64,000 nt of DNA, taken from the IMG/VR virus record IMGVR_UViG_3300027747_003046, positions 14,418-78,417 of that record; one strand, written 5' to 3'. Below the pieces are notes generated by a model, which had not been told where the DNA came from, did no database searches, and saw nothing but the letters and a program-made list of their open reading frames with translations. The DNA is from a virus. Position 1 is the stretch's first letter, and the number at the start of each line of letters is the position of its first letter. The translations under genes and the position numbers were made by a program. This document shows, in pieces, positions 24,832-34,925 of the stretch.

Positions 24832-25506
24832 GTGTTCGACAGAACAAGAAGATACATCCAGAAGAACCGTAATCCAATTCAAGAATATCGAGTTGGAGAT
24901 ACGATTCTTTTGGTTAAAAACCAATTAACAGGCGATATTGATATTAAAAGAGTTCTAGAAATTCTAAAAGGAATGCCTTATGTCATCATGCAGACAGTTG
25001 ATGCCATATGTATTGGTGAATTTTTCTTTCTAAAAAAGCGTCAAGTAGATGCCCTGTTTGATGATAGAACAATATACATCACTAACGTCCAAGAAAGTGA
25101 AAGTGAATTCTTAAAGAATCTTGTTCATGAATTGGCTCACGGTTGTGAAGAAACTTATTACGCAGATATCTATGAAGACAGTGATATCAAGCAAGAGTTT
25201 CTAAACAAGCGTAACCGTATGTATGAAATATTAAATGCATACGGTTATAAAGAAATGCCAAAAGAATCTTATTTAAATGCTGAATATGACGAAAATTTCG
25301 ACCTTTTTCTTTACAAGACTATCGGGTATGCTAAACTTGACAGTCTCATTAGCGGCCTATTTATTTCACCATATGCCGCCACGTCGTTACGAGAATACTT
25401 CGCTAACGGTTTTGAAAAGTTCTTCCTACAAGACAGTGAAGAAGTAAAAAAAATAAGCCCCGCTCTTTACAGAAAGATCTCCCTTTTCTCGGAAAAACCT
25501 GTTTAA
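24832..25506 (+). CDS. Zincin-like metalloprotease domain protein
   Basis: LVHELAHG...YAATSLREYFANGF. Confidence 0.7.
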   Translation: MFDRTRRYIQKNRNPIQEYRVGDTILLVKNQLTGDIDIKRVLEILKGMPYVIMQTVDAICIGEFFFLKKRQVDALFDDRTIYITNVQESESEFLKNLVHELAHGCEETYYADIYEDSDIKQEFLNKRNRMYEILNAYGYKEMPKESYLNAEYDENFDLFLYKTIGYAKLDSLISGLFISPYAATSLREYFANGFEKFFLQDSEEVKKISPALYRKISLFSEKPV

Positions 25507-25579
25507 GTTCGCGACACCCTGTGTTAAGATGGTTGCGAAGGTTTCCGCAAGGATCAACCCTCGTTCACAAGAGGTTTAA

Positions 25580-26395
25580 ATGAGTTTAAATTATATTTCC
25601 TATTCTGCTTGGAAAGATTGGGTTTTTTGTCCAAATAAGTATAAAATTACCCGCGTCGATAAGGTTCGACTCTTCCAAGGTAATGAATTTAGCACGTTCG
25701 GCACCGCTGTCCATGATACAGTTGAGCATTCCCTTCTTCTTGAAAAGAAAAGGTCCGAATTTGGTTCACTGAAAGATGACAGCGAAGAATTAGATAAGAA
25801 GAAACATTTCCTTAAAAGGTTTGATGAAGAAATCGTCAAGCTAAAAGAATCAAATGTTAAAGTTGATCAAAATCTCGTAGAAGAGATGAAGAAACAAGGC
25901 GAAGAACTTGTTGAATTGGTCATTCCAGAGATTAAGAATGTAATTGGAGAATATGAAATTGTTTCAGCTGAAGAAGAGATTAGACAAAATATTGATGGAA
26001 ATCCAAATTTTGATTTTTACGGTTTTATTGATTCTATCTTTAAGACCCCCGATGGAAAATATCACATCGTTGATTGGAAAACCTGTTCATGGGGATGGGA
26101 CATTGAAAAAAAGACAGAAAAAGAAACAACCTATCAATTGACCTATTATAAGCACTTCTTTTGTCAAAAATACAAAATTGATCCAAAGAATGTTGAAACA
26201 TATTTTGGTCTGTTAAAGCGTACAGCCAAAAAAGATAAAGTAGAGATCTTCCGCGTTACAAGTGGACCAAAAAAAGTGGATAACGCACTTAAAATTCTTG
26301 ACACTTGTGTTAAAAATGTTGAAAAAGGGAAATTCATTAAGAACAAACTCTCTTGTTCAAAGTGCGAATTTCATAAAACAATTTATTGTCCATAA
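25580..26395 (+). CDS. Cas4/RecB-like PD-(D/E)XK exonuclease
   Basis: ISYS...CP, GTAVH, GFID, IVDWKT, QLTYY, C-terminal CxxC-x7-C. Confidence 0.88.
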   Translation: MSLNYISYSAWKDWVFCPNKYKITRVDKVRLFQGNEFSTFGTAVHDTVEHSLLLEKKRSEFGSLKDDSEELDKKKHFLKRFDEEIVKLKESNVKVDQNLVEEMKKQGEELVELVIPEIKNVIGEYEIVSAEEEIRQNIDGNPNFDFYGFIDSIFKTPDGKYHIVDWKTCSWGWDIEKKTEKETTYQLTYYKHFFCQKYKIDPKNVETYFGLLKRTAKKDKVEIFRVTSGPKKVDNALKILDTCVKNVEKGKFIKNKLSCSKCEFHKTIYCP

Positions 26396-26426
26396 TGTGT
26401 TTATGATCCCACCCTACTATTTATAG

Positions 26427-27314
26427 GTGTTGGAGATCAAACAAGCAATGAAATGTATAATTTGTAGTAGCGAATTCGAAATATCAAGAGGACAGGGAAG
26501 AAAGATTACTTGTTCTGATAAGTGTAGAAAAATACACAATAATTCTAGAAGAAAAATAACAAACCAAGATCATTTAGAAACATTTAATTGTGTCTATTGT
26601 GATAAGTTAGTAGTTCGTTACAGAAAGAGAAATGGGTTTTGCTCACGCTCTTGTGCTTCGAAGAAACATATTGAAGATGGAACATATGATAGATGGAAAT
26701 TAAGAATCCAAGAAAAAATTGGTATCAATAAAAATTGTATAAAATGTGGAACACAGTTTTATTGTGAACCGGCAGATTCAGAAAGAAAAAAACTTTGTGG
26801 TTCAAGAGAATGTCGTAAATCATATATGTCAGAATATATGACATATAACAATCCTTCTTATGGCAAAAAAGAAAAAGAAGGCGTTAGAGAAAAAGTTAAA
26901 AAAACTTTATTAGAAAAATATGGTGTTAAAAATGCTTTTGCCCTTGCTAAACACACATCTCTTTCAAAGCCTCAAAAAGAACTAATAGAATATTTAAAAA
27001 ACAATACAAAATACACAATATTTTATGATTTTCCAATTTATACCAAAGAAGATAAGTTATATAAAGCCGATATATACATCAAAGAACTTAATCAAATAAT
27101 TGAATTCAATGGAACATATTGGCACGCAGATCCAAGATTTTATAAAGAAGATTTTCTTGTAAAAAAGAAACAAAAATTTTCTAAACAAATATGGGAAGAT
27201 GATGAAAAAAGACTTAAAGATCTTGTAGAAATGGGCTATAAAGTGAAAATTATATGGGAATATGATTATAAAATAAATAAAGAGAATATTCTCACGGAGT
27301 TAATTAATGAGTAA
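26427..27314 (+). CDS. Putative free-standing homing endonuclease (zinc repeats + Vsr/DUF559-like nuclease)
   Basis: CSDKC, CSRSC repeats; KTLLEKYGV; SKPQ..ADIY..IEFNGTYWH..IIWE; ACTATTTA at 26416-26423. Confidence 0.8.
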   Translation: MLEIKQAMKCIICSSEFEISRGQGRKITCSDKCRKIHNNSRRKITNQDHLETFNCVYCDKLVVRYRKRNGFCSRSCASKKHIEDGTYDRWKLRIQEKIGINKNCIKCGTQFYCEPADSERKKLCGSRECRKSYMSEYMTYNNPSYGKKEKEGVREKVKKTLLEKYGVKNAFALAKHTSLSKPQKELIEYLKNNTKYTIFYDFPIYTKEDKLYKADIYIKELNQIIEFNGTYWHADPRFYKEDFLVKKKQKFSKQIWEDDEKRLKDLVEMGYKVKIIWEYDYKINKENILTELINE

Positions 27315-28827
27315 GAAAACCAAGCTATTAGTAATAAGTGATCATCCGTTGACCTGAAGGTTATTTAGCGGATGTAAAATCGGGTGAATTGCTGGAAACT
27401 CTTGAAGATTTATATACTACAGCATAGTTGGAAACGACAAGTGCGAAAGTCAAAAAATACAAATCATAAGACAATCAGCAGCCAAGCATCTGTCCGGAAA
27501 CGGTGATGAAGGTTCAGAGACTACGGTTAGCCTAACATATCTTTTTGATATTATGGTGATGATCCGACAGCGCCCGACTCGTTTAAACGATGATGATATA
27601 GTCCAAAATACTACTATGTGGTATAATGTAAGTCCTTCTGGTGTCGGCACTCAGACGAAATATATGATTGATCATCTCCATAAGACAGGTAAATACCAAT
27701 TTGTTTGTTTGGGTGGTGCTGTAAAGCATCATGATTACCGTCCACAGAAATTTGATGTATACGGTGACGATTTGCTCGTTATTCCAGTCGATGGATATGG
27801 AACACCCGATATAATTCGTGCTGTATTGCGAGATCATAAACCAGACGCACTTTGGTTTATGACAGATCCACGCTTCTATGATTGGCTTTGGGATATGGAA
27901 GATGAAATACGTAATAAGATTCCATTAATCTATTATCACGTATGGGACAACTATCCATATCCAAAATTTAATAAACCATTCTATGATTCAAATGACGTAA
28001 TTGCTACAATTTCTAAACTAACTGACGACATTGTTAAAACAGTAGCTCCTACTGTTAAGTCAGTTTATCTTCCACACAGTGTGGACATGAAAGCGTTTAG
28101 CAAATTACCACAGCTAGATATTGATCGTATTCGTAAACAGCACTTTGGCGATAAGTTCCTTGTATTCTGGAATTCAAGAAACGCTAGACGTAAAATGTCC
28201 GGTTCAGTTGTTTGGTGGTTCAAAGACTTTCTGGATATTGTTGGTAAAGACAAAGCTTGCCTCCTAATGCACACTGATCCAAAAGATGGTCACGGACAAG
28301 ATCTGGAAGCAATTATCGTAGAGCTTGGATTGACAAATGGTGAAGTTAAATTCTCAAAGAATCGTTCACCAATCCAAGAAATGGTTGCGATGTATAATGC
28401 TGCTGATGTTACAGTTTGTATCTCAGACGCAGAAGGTTTCGGTCTAAGTTGTCTTGAATCACTTGCCTGCGAAACACCTGTAATTGCTAATATGACAGGC
28501 GGCTTACAAGAGCAAGTATTCAACGGGCAGGAGTATTTCGGGGTTGGCATCAAACCAGCGTCAAAAGCCGTTATAGGCTCTCAGCAGGTGCCTTATATCT
28601 ATGAAGATCGCGTCTCAAAAGAAGACTTCGTTGGTGCTCTTGTAAAGATGTATCAAATGAGTAAAGAAGAACGCGCAGAACTTGGTAGAAAAGGCCGTCA
28701 ACACCTTGTAGAAAATTATAATCCAGATATACTATTGCCAAAGTGGGATGAGCTAATTCAAGAAGCCGTTCAGCCCGGTGTTTGGGAAAATAGAAAATAT
28801 AATCGTTGGGCTTTGAAAACACTTTGA
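27307..28827 (+). CDS. GT4 (GT-B) glycosyltransferase, spliced: exon1 27307-27349, exon2 27629-28827 (413 aa)
   Basis: GGAG SD before ATG 27307; spliced N-terminus MSKKTKLLVISDHPLSPSGVGTQ; EGFGLSCLESLAC motif. Confidence 0.88.
27350..27628 (+). mobile_element. Group I self-splicing intron (279 nt, ORF-less, IA-like)
   Basis: P1 CATCCGT/GCGGATG with U.G at the 5' splice site; P GAATTGCTGGAAA, Q AATCAGCAGCC, R GTTCAGAGACTAC, S GATATAGTCC; P3 TCGGGTG/CGCCCGA; terminal G 27628; removal restores the reading frame. Confidence 0.92.
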
Positions 28828-28838
28828 TTGGAGATAAG

Positions 28839-30848
28839 ATGAAAAAGAAAGTTATCGTAAGAGGACCAGCTTTAAGTCGTAGTGGTTATGGAGAAATGGC
28901 TCGTTTAGCCCTCCAATCATTAAGAAAGTATCCAGAACATTTTGATGTTGTCTTGCTCTGTACAAATTGGGGCAGAACAGGAAATCTTTTGGATAATTCG
29001 GAGGAAGTCCAATCAATCAACAAATTGATTGTTGATTCACAACAAAGAATTCAAGCAAAAGAGCAGTTTGACATTTCTATTCAAATCAGTATTCCAAATG
29101 AGTTTGAAAGAATGGCGCCAATAAATATTGGCTATACAGCTGGTATTGAAACAACGAAAGTATCTCCTCAATGGATCGACAAAGCTCAATTGATGGACAA
29201 GATTATTGTTATTTCAGAACACTCAAAGCAAGTATTTAATGATACTGTTTATCAGGCTGTTAATCAGGCAACAAAACAGCAGTTTGAGTTTAAGAACACA
29301 AAACCAATCGATGTAGTCGGTTTCCCTGTAAAGAAATTGATTCCAGCGGTATTGGATTTGGATTTGCCTTGTGACTTTAACTTCTTGACCGTAGCACAAT
29401 GGGGACCACGTAAGAATCTAGAAGCAACAGTTGCTGCATTCGTTGAAGAATTCAAGAACGAAGAAATTGGTCTTGTTATAAAAACAAATACAGTAAAAAA
29501 CTGTGTTATGGATAGAACACTAACAGAAATGAGATTAACAAATTTGTTGAATACTCTACCAAAAGATAGAAAGTGTAAGGTTCATCTACTTCACGGTAAT
29601 ATGACCGATGAAGAAATGGCAGCTCTTTATGTTCATCCTAAAATCAAAGCCTTCGTAAGCACAACACACGGTGAAGGCTTTGGCATTCCGCTGTTTGAGG
29701 CAGCCTCTGCTGGATTGCCGGTTGCCGCTCCATTCTGGAGTGGCCAGACGGACTTCTTGAAGGCCCCAAAGAAAGATAAGGATAGCGGAAAGATTCGTCT
29801 GCGCTCACACTGTGTTAAGATTGATTTTGAATTAAAACAGGTTCAAAAAGAAGCAGTATGGAATGGTGTTATTCAGGAAGATTCAAAATGGGCTTTTGTG
29901 AAGCCACATTCTGTTCGTATTGCTATGCGAGAAATGGTTAAGAATCTTCCACCACAAGTATCCGTCGCAAGGAAGTTACAAGAACATGTTCTTAAAACAT
30001 TCACAGAAGAAGCTGTATTAAAACAATTTGCTGAAAGTGTTTGGGGTGGTCAAATACAGACTTTAAAAAAGATCGAGATTAGTGATCTACCTAAGATAAG
30101 CATTATAACATCGGTATTCAAAGGAGACGAATTCATTCGTCCATTTTTGGAAGACATTACACGTCAAACCATCTTTAAGAATAAGTGCGAATTAATTCTT
30201 ATTAATCCAAACTCTCCAGGAAACGAAGAAGAAGTTATCAAGGAATACTTAGAAAAGTTCCCACAAAACATTGTCTATAAGAAGCTAGAAAATGACCCTG
30301 GAATTTATGCTTGCTGGAATATTGCTGCCAAATTAGCAACTGGCGAGTTATTGACTAATGCCAATTTAGATGATCGAAAAGCACCTGATGCGCTGGAAAT
30401 CTTAGCAAAAGAGTTAACAGGCAGAGAAGATATAGATGTAGCATATGCTGATAACTTGATAACAAATCAGCCAAATGAAACGTTTGAAAACAATACTGCT
30501 AACTCGCTGTATCCAAGTGAAAATTTCAGTGCCGAAGCAATGTTAAGAGGAAATCCACCACATTGTATGCCAATGTGGCGTAAATCACTTCATGATAAAT
30601 TGGGATATTTTGAAGAGAAGTATCGTAGCGCCAGTGATTGGGAGTTTTGGCTACGTTGCACTGTAGCAAATATTAAAATGAGCAAAATCAACAAAACACT
30701 TGGTCTGTATTACTTTAATCCAAAAGGAATGAGCACAAACGAAGAGCATAATTCTTGGAAACACGAAGAAGAGAGAGAAATCTTTAAAAATTACGTAAAA
30801 AATATTAAAAACAAAAATTTAAACTCTGATATGGGCATTATTCTATGA
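28839..30848 (+). CDS. GT4-GT2 fusion glycosyltransferase
   Basis: SRSGYG, RKN, GEGFGIPLFEA (GT4); ISIITS, NANLDD, DWEFWLR (GT2). Confidence 0.88.
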   Translation: MKKKVIVRGPALSRSGYGEMARLALQSLRKYPEHFDVVLLCTNWGRTGNLLDNSEEVQSINKLIVDSQQRIQAKEQFDISIQISIPNEFERMAPINIGYTAGIETTKVSPQWIDKAQLMDKIIVISEHSKQVFNDTVYQAVNQATKQQFEFKNTKPIDVVGFPVKKLIPAVLDLDLPCDFNFLTVAQWGPRKNLEATVAAFVEEFKNEEIGLVIKTNTVKNCVMDRTLTEMRLTNLLNTLPKDRKCKVHLLHGNMTDEEMAALYVHPKIKAFVSTTHGEGFGIPLFEAASAGLPVAAPFWSGQTDFLKAPKKDKDSGKIRLRSHCVKIDFELKQVQKEAVWNGVIQEDSKWAFVKPHSVRIAMREMVKNLPPQVSVARKLQEHVLKTFTEEAVLKQFAESVWGGQIQTLKKIEISDLPKISIITSVFKGDEFIRPFLEDITRQTIFKNKCELILINPNSPGNEEEVIKEYLEKFPQNIVYKKLENDPGIYACWNIAAKLATGELLTNANLDDRKAPDALEILAKELTGREDIDVAYADNLITNQPNETFENNTANSLYPSENFSAEAMLRGNPPHCMPMWRKSLHDKLGYFEEKYRSASDWEFWLRCTVANIKMSKINKTLGLYYFNPKGMSTNEEHNSWKHEEEREIFKNYVKNIKNKNLNSDMGIIL

Positions 30849-31660
30849 AAAATTTACCAGTTTGTTCTGTTGTCACAGAAAAAACGATTGATGAATTTGA
30901 ATTATTAAAAACTAGTATTGAGCAGTATCATGATTGCATCTGGTTTTTATCTTGTGATGATGTAACATATAAAAAGTATAATAATACTAAAAACATAGTA
31001 TTATTGAAACTTATTGAAACAGATGATTGCGACCATAACACTGGATCACCACAACAAAAAGATGTTTGGATGCGAGTAATGATGACAAAATTTGATGCAG
31101 TAAATGAAGCAATAAAGAATTTTGGTCATGCACTTTTCTTGGATTCTGATATGATATTTGTTAATGAGATAGAAAAAAGTGTTTTAAATTTATTTGAAAA
31201 TAAGGATGTTGATGCCCTTATTTGCCAACATATGACCAATAATTGGCCAGTAGAAGCACAACATGGGCTTTACAATGCTGGCATGTTTCATATAAAAAAT
31301 GTTGAATTTTTGAATCAATGGGCCGCTCTTTCAAGAGACTATAAAAAGCATAACTTTTATTTTGAACAGCAACCACTTGAGTATGTTCAAAGAAATTTTC
31401 TATCTCTGAATTTGCCGATTAATTACAATATTGGTTGGTGGAGATTTAATAATCCATCAACACGCTCAAGATTGGACTTGCTTGATGTTTTGGAAGATAA
31501 AATAACTTTTGGAAAATTACCAGCAATTAATTTTCACGTCCATACGTTTAAAAAAAATAATTATGAAAATTTTGGAAAGTTTCTAGTAGATAAAATGATT
31601 GAGCTGTTTAAGCAGACAAATAATGATAACTATAAAAAACTTGTAAATTTAATGACTTGA
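30845..31660 (+). CDS. GT-A nucleotide-diphospho-sugar transferase
   Basis: LFLDSD (DxD), YNAGMF, EQ, YNIGWW. Confidence 0.75.
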   Translation: MKNLPVCSVVTEKTIDEFELLKTSIEQYHDCIWFLSCDDVTYKKYNNTKNIVLLKLIETDDCDHNTGSPQQKDVWMRVMMTKFDAVNEAIKNFGHALFLDSDMIFVNEIEKSVLNLFENKDVDALICQHMTNNWPVEAQHGLYNAGMFHIKNVEFLNQWAALSRDYKKHNFYFEQQPLEYVQRNFLSLNLPINYNIGWWRFNNPSTRSRLDLLDVLEDKITFGKLPAINFHVHTFKKNNYENFGKFLVDKMIELFKQTNNDNYKKLVNLMT

Positions 31661-31687
31661 TGAATTAGAAAAATTCCGGAGCGTATA

Positions 31688-32566
31688 ATGATAAAGAGTT
31701 TTTTTGAAGAAATATTTCCATATGAAAAGTTTCCCGTGGAATATCTCAGTTATAGGCAGCTAGTTGAATCACAGCCTCAAATTAATTATTTGGCTATACC
31801 ATGGGCTCAGATACTTAACAGTACATGGTTAGATTTTCCAAACAAGAAAAATATTAATTTTTATTTTTCTGAATTATTAAAAATCAACATAGAACAACAA
31901 AATAATACAACAGTTTGTCAACATGATGATTATATGAAACTGCTTCCTTTTTTTAGGCATCTAAAAATAAATACAGTTTTTTCTCCACTGCATGATATCA
32001 ATAATAAAATAGATGATATTAGAATTATTCCCATATCATTGACAAATAATTTTCATTTCAACAAAAACACCAATAAAGATATTTTATTTTCTTTTGTAGG
32101 TACACATATAACACACGATGTTAGACTTAAGATGTTTAATATGGTAAAAGGACCATATATGATTTATAGAAATACTTATCATGTCGATAGTGGTGTTTTA
32201 AAAGACAAAAATCATAAATTAAAAGAAGAAACAGAGTATAAAGACATATTAGAAAGAAGCAGATTTTCTCTATGTCCAAGAGGAAGTTCGCCATCATCTG
32301 TTAGATTTTGGGAATGTCTTGCTGCTGGCTCTATTCCAATAGTAATATCAGATAACTGGGTATTGCCAGATTGGGATTGGAAAAAAACTATTATTCAAAT
32401 ACCAGAGCAAGAATTTCAAAAAATGGATTATAACGATATTAAGTCTTTTCTACTAGATATTGATTATGACAAGCAAATAGAAATGAGAACGAATTGTCTC
32501 AAGGCTAATGAGAAATTTAAAAAAGAAAATTACGGCTCATACATAGTAGAAAGCCTTAATATATGA
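31688..32566 (+). CDS. Exostosin-family (GT47) glycosyltransferase
   Basis: LFSFVG, SRFSLCPRG, RFWECLAAGSIPIVISD. Confidence 0.85.
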   Translation: MIKSFFEEIFPYEKFPVEYLSYRQLVESQPQINYLAIPWAQILNSTWLDFPNKKNINFYFSELLKINIEQQNNTTVCQHDDYMKLLPFFRHLKINTVFSPLHDINNKIDDIRIIPISLTNNFHFNKNTNKDILFSFVGTHITHDVRLKMFNMVKGPYMIYRNTYHVDSGVLKDKNHKLKEETEYKDILERSRFSLCPRGSSPSSVRFWECLAAGSIPIVISDNWVLPDWDWKKTIIQIPEQEFQKMDYNDIKSFLLDIDYDKQIEMRTNCLKANEKFKKENYGSYIVESLNI

Positions 32567-33363
32567 AAAATTATTGCACAATTCAAAGTTGGTACGGCCG
32601 ATTTGGTAACAATATTCAGCAAATATCAAATGGTATTTTTTTTGCATTGCAAAATAGAATTGGTTTTGTTTCACCACAGCATCCACTAATAAACGGCTTT
32701 CAATTAAATGTCACAGAGCCAGAAAATTGCGTATTTAGATCAAATTTTTTTAATTTTATTTCATGTTCCAATAACGATTGGACTCTAGACTTTAAGTGTG
32801 ATGTTAAAACATTAAATGAAATAAGACACAAAATAGTAAAAAATATTATACAGCCAAATTTAAAAATAAATGTTGCTGATATAAAAAGTCTTGATGATGA
32901 TGTTTTAGTTATACATATAAGAACTGGTGATATATTTTCCCCAAATCCACACAGATTGTATGTGCAAAACCCAGTAGATTTTTACAAAAAATTAATTAAC
33001 AAATTTTCACAAACTGTTATAGTTTGTGAAAATACGAATTTCATAATAGAAGAACTTTGTAAGAACGATACAGTAACAGTATCTAGTGGAAATTTGGAGC
33101 AAGACTTAGTTACACTTTTATCAGCAAAAAACTTAGCTAGTAGTGGTGTTGGTACATTTGTTATTGCTGCTGGTATGTTGTCAAATAATTTAAAAAATTT
33201 TTATTGTACAAACATTTATTTGGAAGACCACTTAAACCCGAATATGTTAGATCCACAAATAAACATCAATATATCGCAAATTACAGATTATATTAATATT
33301 GGAGATTGGCGTAATACACAAGAACAGCAATCATTGATGCTAAATTATAAATTGGAGAATTAA
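32563..33363 (+). CDS. Fucosyltransferase-like (GT11-type) protein
   Basis: GRFGNNIQQ and VIHIRTGD (HxRxGD) motifs. Confidence 0.7.
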   Translation: MKNYCTIQSWYGRFGNNIQQISNGIFFALQNRIGFVSPQHPLINGFQLNVTEPENCVFRSNFFNFISCSNNDWTLDFKCDVKTLNEIRHKIVKNIIQPNLKINVADIKSLDDDVLVIHIRTGDIFSPNPHRLYVQNPVDFYKKLINKFSQTVIVCENTNFIIEELCKNDTVTVSSGNLEQDLVTLLSAKNLASSGVGTFVIAAGMLSNNLKNFYCTNIYLEDHLNPNMLDPQININISQITDYINIGDWRNTQEQQSLMLNYKLEN

Positions 33364-33995
33364 TGTTAATTAACTATAGCGATATTATTGAAAAATATAA
33401 TTTAAACATTAAAACAGTATTACACGTCGGCGCCCACATGGCAGAAGAGCATGATATATATTTTAGTAATTCTTGCCAAAAAGTTATTTGGGTTGAAGGA
33501 AATCCAGAACTATATGAATCTTTAAAACAAAATCTAGACAATAGAAACAATATTGTTTTACATGCTGTTATTTCTAATCTAGATGATGAAGAAGCTGATT
33601 TTATAATAACAAACAACAAGCAATCATCTTCTATTTTAAATTTAGGTGTACATAGGAAACTGTTTCCCGATATTGTACTAGAATCATTTACAACAGTAAA
33701 AACTAAAACATTAAAAACCTTATTTTTAGAAAATAATCTAAGTTTTAAAGAAGTTGATTTTCTAAATTTAGATATTCAAGGTGCCGAGCTTTTAGCACTA
33801 AAGGGAATTGGCGAAGAACTCAGTAATTTAAAAGCTATTTTTACAGAAGTAAATACTGATTACGTATATGAAGATTGTGCTTTAATCACGGAAATCGATG
33901 AGTATTTATCAAATTTTGGTTTCAAAAGAACTGAAACGGTAATGTGGCAAGATCATCCATGGGGCGATGCTTTGTATATAAAAGAGGAAACTTAA
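33363..33995 (+). CDS. FkbM-family methyltransferase
   Basis: LHVGAH, SSSIL, LNLDIQGAELLALKG, WGDALY. Confidence 0.9.
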   Translation: MLINYSDIIEKYNLNIKTVLHVGAHMAEEHDIYFSNSCQKVIWVEGNPELYESLKQNLDNRNNIVLHAVISNLDDEEADFIITNNKQSSSILNLGVHRKLFPDIVLESFTTVKTKTLKTLFLENNLSFKEVDFLNLDIQGAELLALKGIGEELSNLKAIFTEVNTDYVYEDCALITEIDEYLSNFGFKRTETVMWQDHPWGDALYIKEET

Positions 33996-33998
33996 TCT

Positions 33999-34925
33999 AT
34001 GATTATAGTCACTGGTGGTTCTGGCCTTTTAGGAAACGCTTTCAGAAAGATTCGGTCTGACGCATTATATCCTTCAAGTAAAGAACTTGATTTAAAAAAT
34101 GAAAAAGATGTTGCGGAGTATCTGGGAACTTCAAATATAGAAACCGTTGTTCATTTGGCTGGTAAAGTCGGCGGCGTGAAAGCAAACACAGAATTCGTCT
34201 CTGATTTTTATCAAGTTAATTCACAGATTAATAATAACGTTATTTCTTCTTGTGTTTCTAGCGGTGTACCAAAACTGGTTTGCTGTTTATCAACTTGCAT
34301 ATATCCAGATGAAAAATACATTGAGTATCCATTAACAGAAGATCAGTTGCATAATGGTCCTCCACACAGTTCTAACTTTGGATACGCATATGCCAAACGA
34401 ATGGTTGATGTGCAGCTAAAAGCTGCTAGACAGCAATACGGACGTGAATATATCTCTGTTATTCCAAATAATATGTATGGAGAACACGATAATTTTGATT
34501 TAGAAAATGGGCATGTAATTCCTGCACTCATTCGAAAGATTTGGGAAGCAAAAATAAATAATAAGCCAAATTTTACTGTTTGGGGAGACGGAGAGATTTT
34601 TAGAGAATTTACATATGCCGAAGATATTGCAAAAGCAATATTATTTTGCTTAGAAAATTACAATGATCCAGAGCCAATTAATATTGGAAATACACAAGAA
34701 TATAGTTTAAAAGAAGCGATAGAAATAATCAAAAAAGAACTTGACTACAAAGGAGACATAATATGTGATACTTCAAAGCCAAAAGGTCAAGTGCGAAAAC
34801 CATCATCAAATCAGAAATTGCTGAATTTGGGATGGAAAAATGAGTGGTATACGCCATTAGAAATTGGCTTAAAAAAGACCTGTGAATGGTTTATAAACAA
34901 CTATCCAAATGTACGAGGAATGTGA
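33999..34925 (+). CDS. fcl: GDP-L-fucose synthase
   Basis: TGGSGLLG, HLAGKVGG, STCIYP, YAYAKR, HVIPALI. Confidence 0.92.
   Translation: MIIVTGGSGLLGNAFRKIRSDALYPSSKELDLKNEKDVAEYLGTSNIETVVHLAGKVGGVKANTEFVSDFYQVNSQINNNVISSCVSSGVPKLVCCLSTCIYPDEKYIEYPLTEDQLHNGPPHSSNFGYAYAKRMVDVQLKAARQQYGREYISVIPNNMYGEHDNFDLENGHVIPALIRKIWEAKINNKPNFTVWGDGEIFREFTYAEDIAKAILFCLENYNDPEPINIGNTQEYSLKEAIEIIKKELDYKGDIICDTSKPKGQVRKPSSNQKLLNLGWKNEWYTPLEIGLKKTCEWFINNYPNVRGM

Noticed and set aside
25580-26395. Cas4-like gene as part of a CRISPR-Cas system
   Set aside because: No repeat-spacer array or other cas genes seen in the window; solo Cas4-like nucleases are common in phages.
27553-27628. ORF-track N-terminus MVMIRQRPTRLNDDDIVQNTTMWYNV of the glycosyltransferase
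   Set aside because: Lies within the intron core (P3', P8, P7', P9); the real start is 27307.
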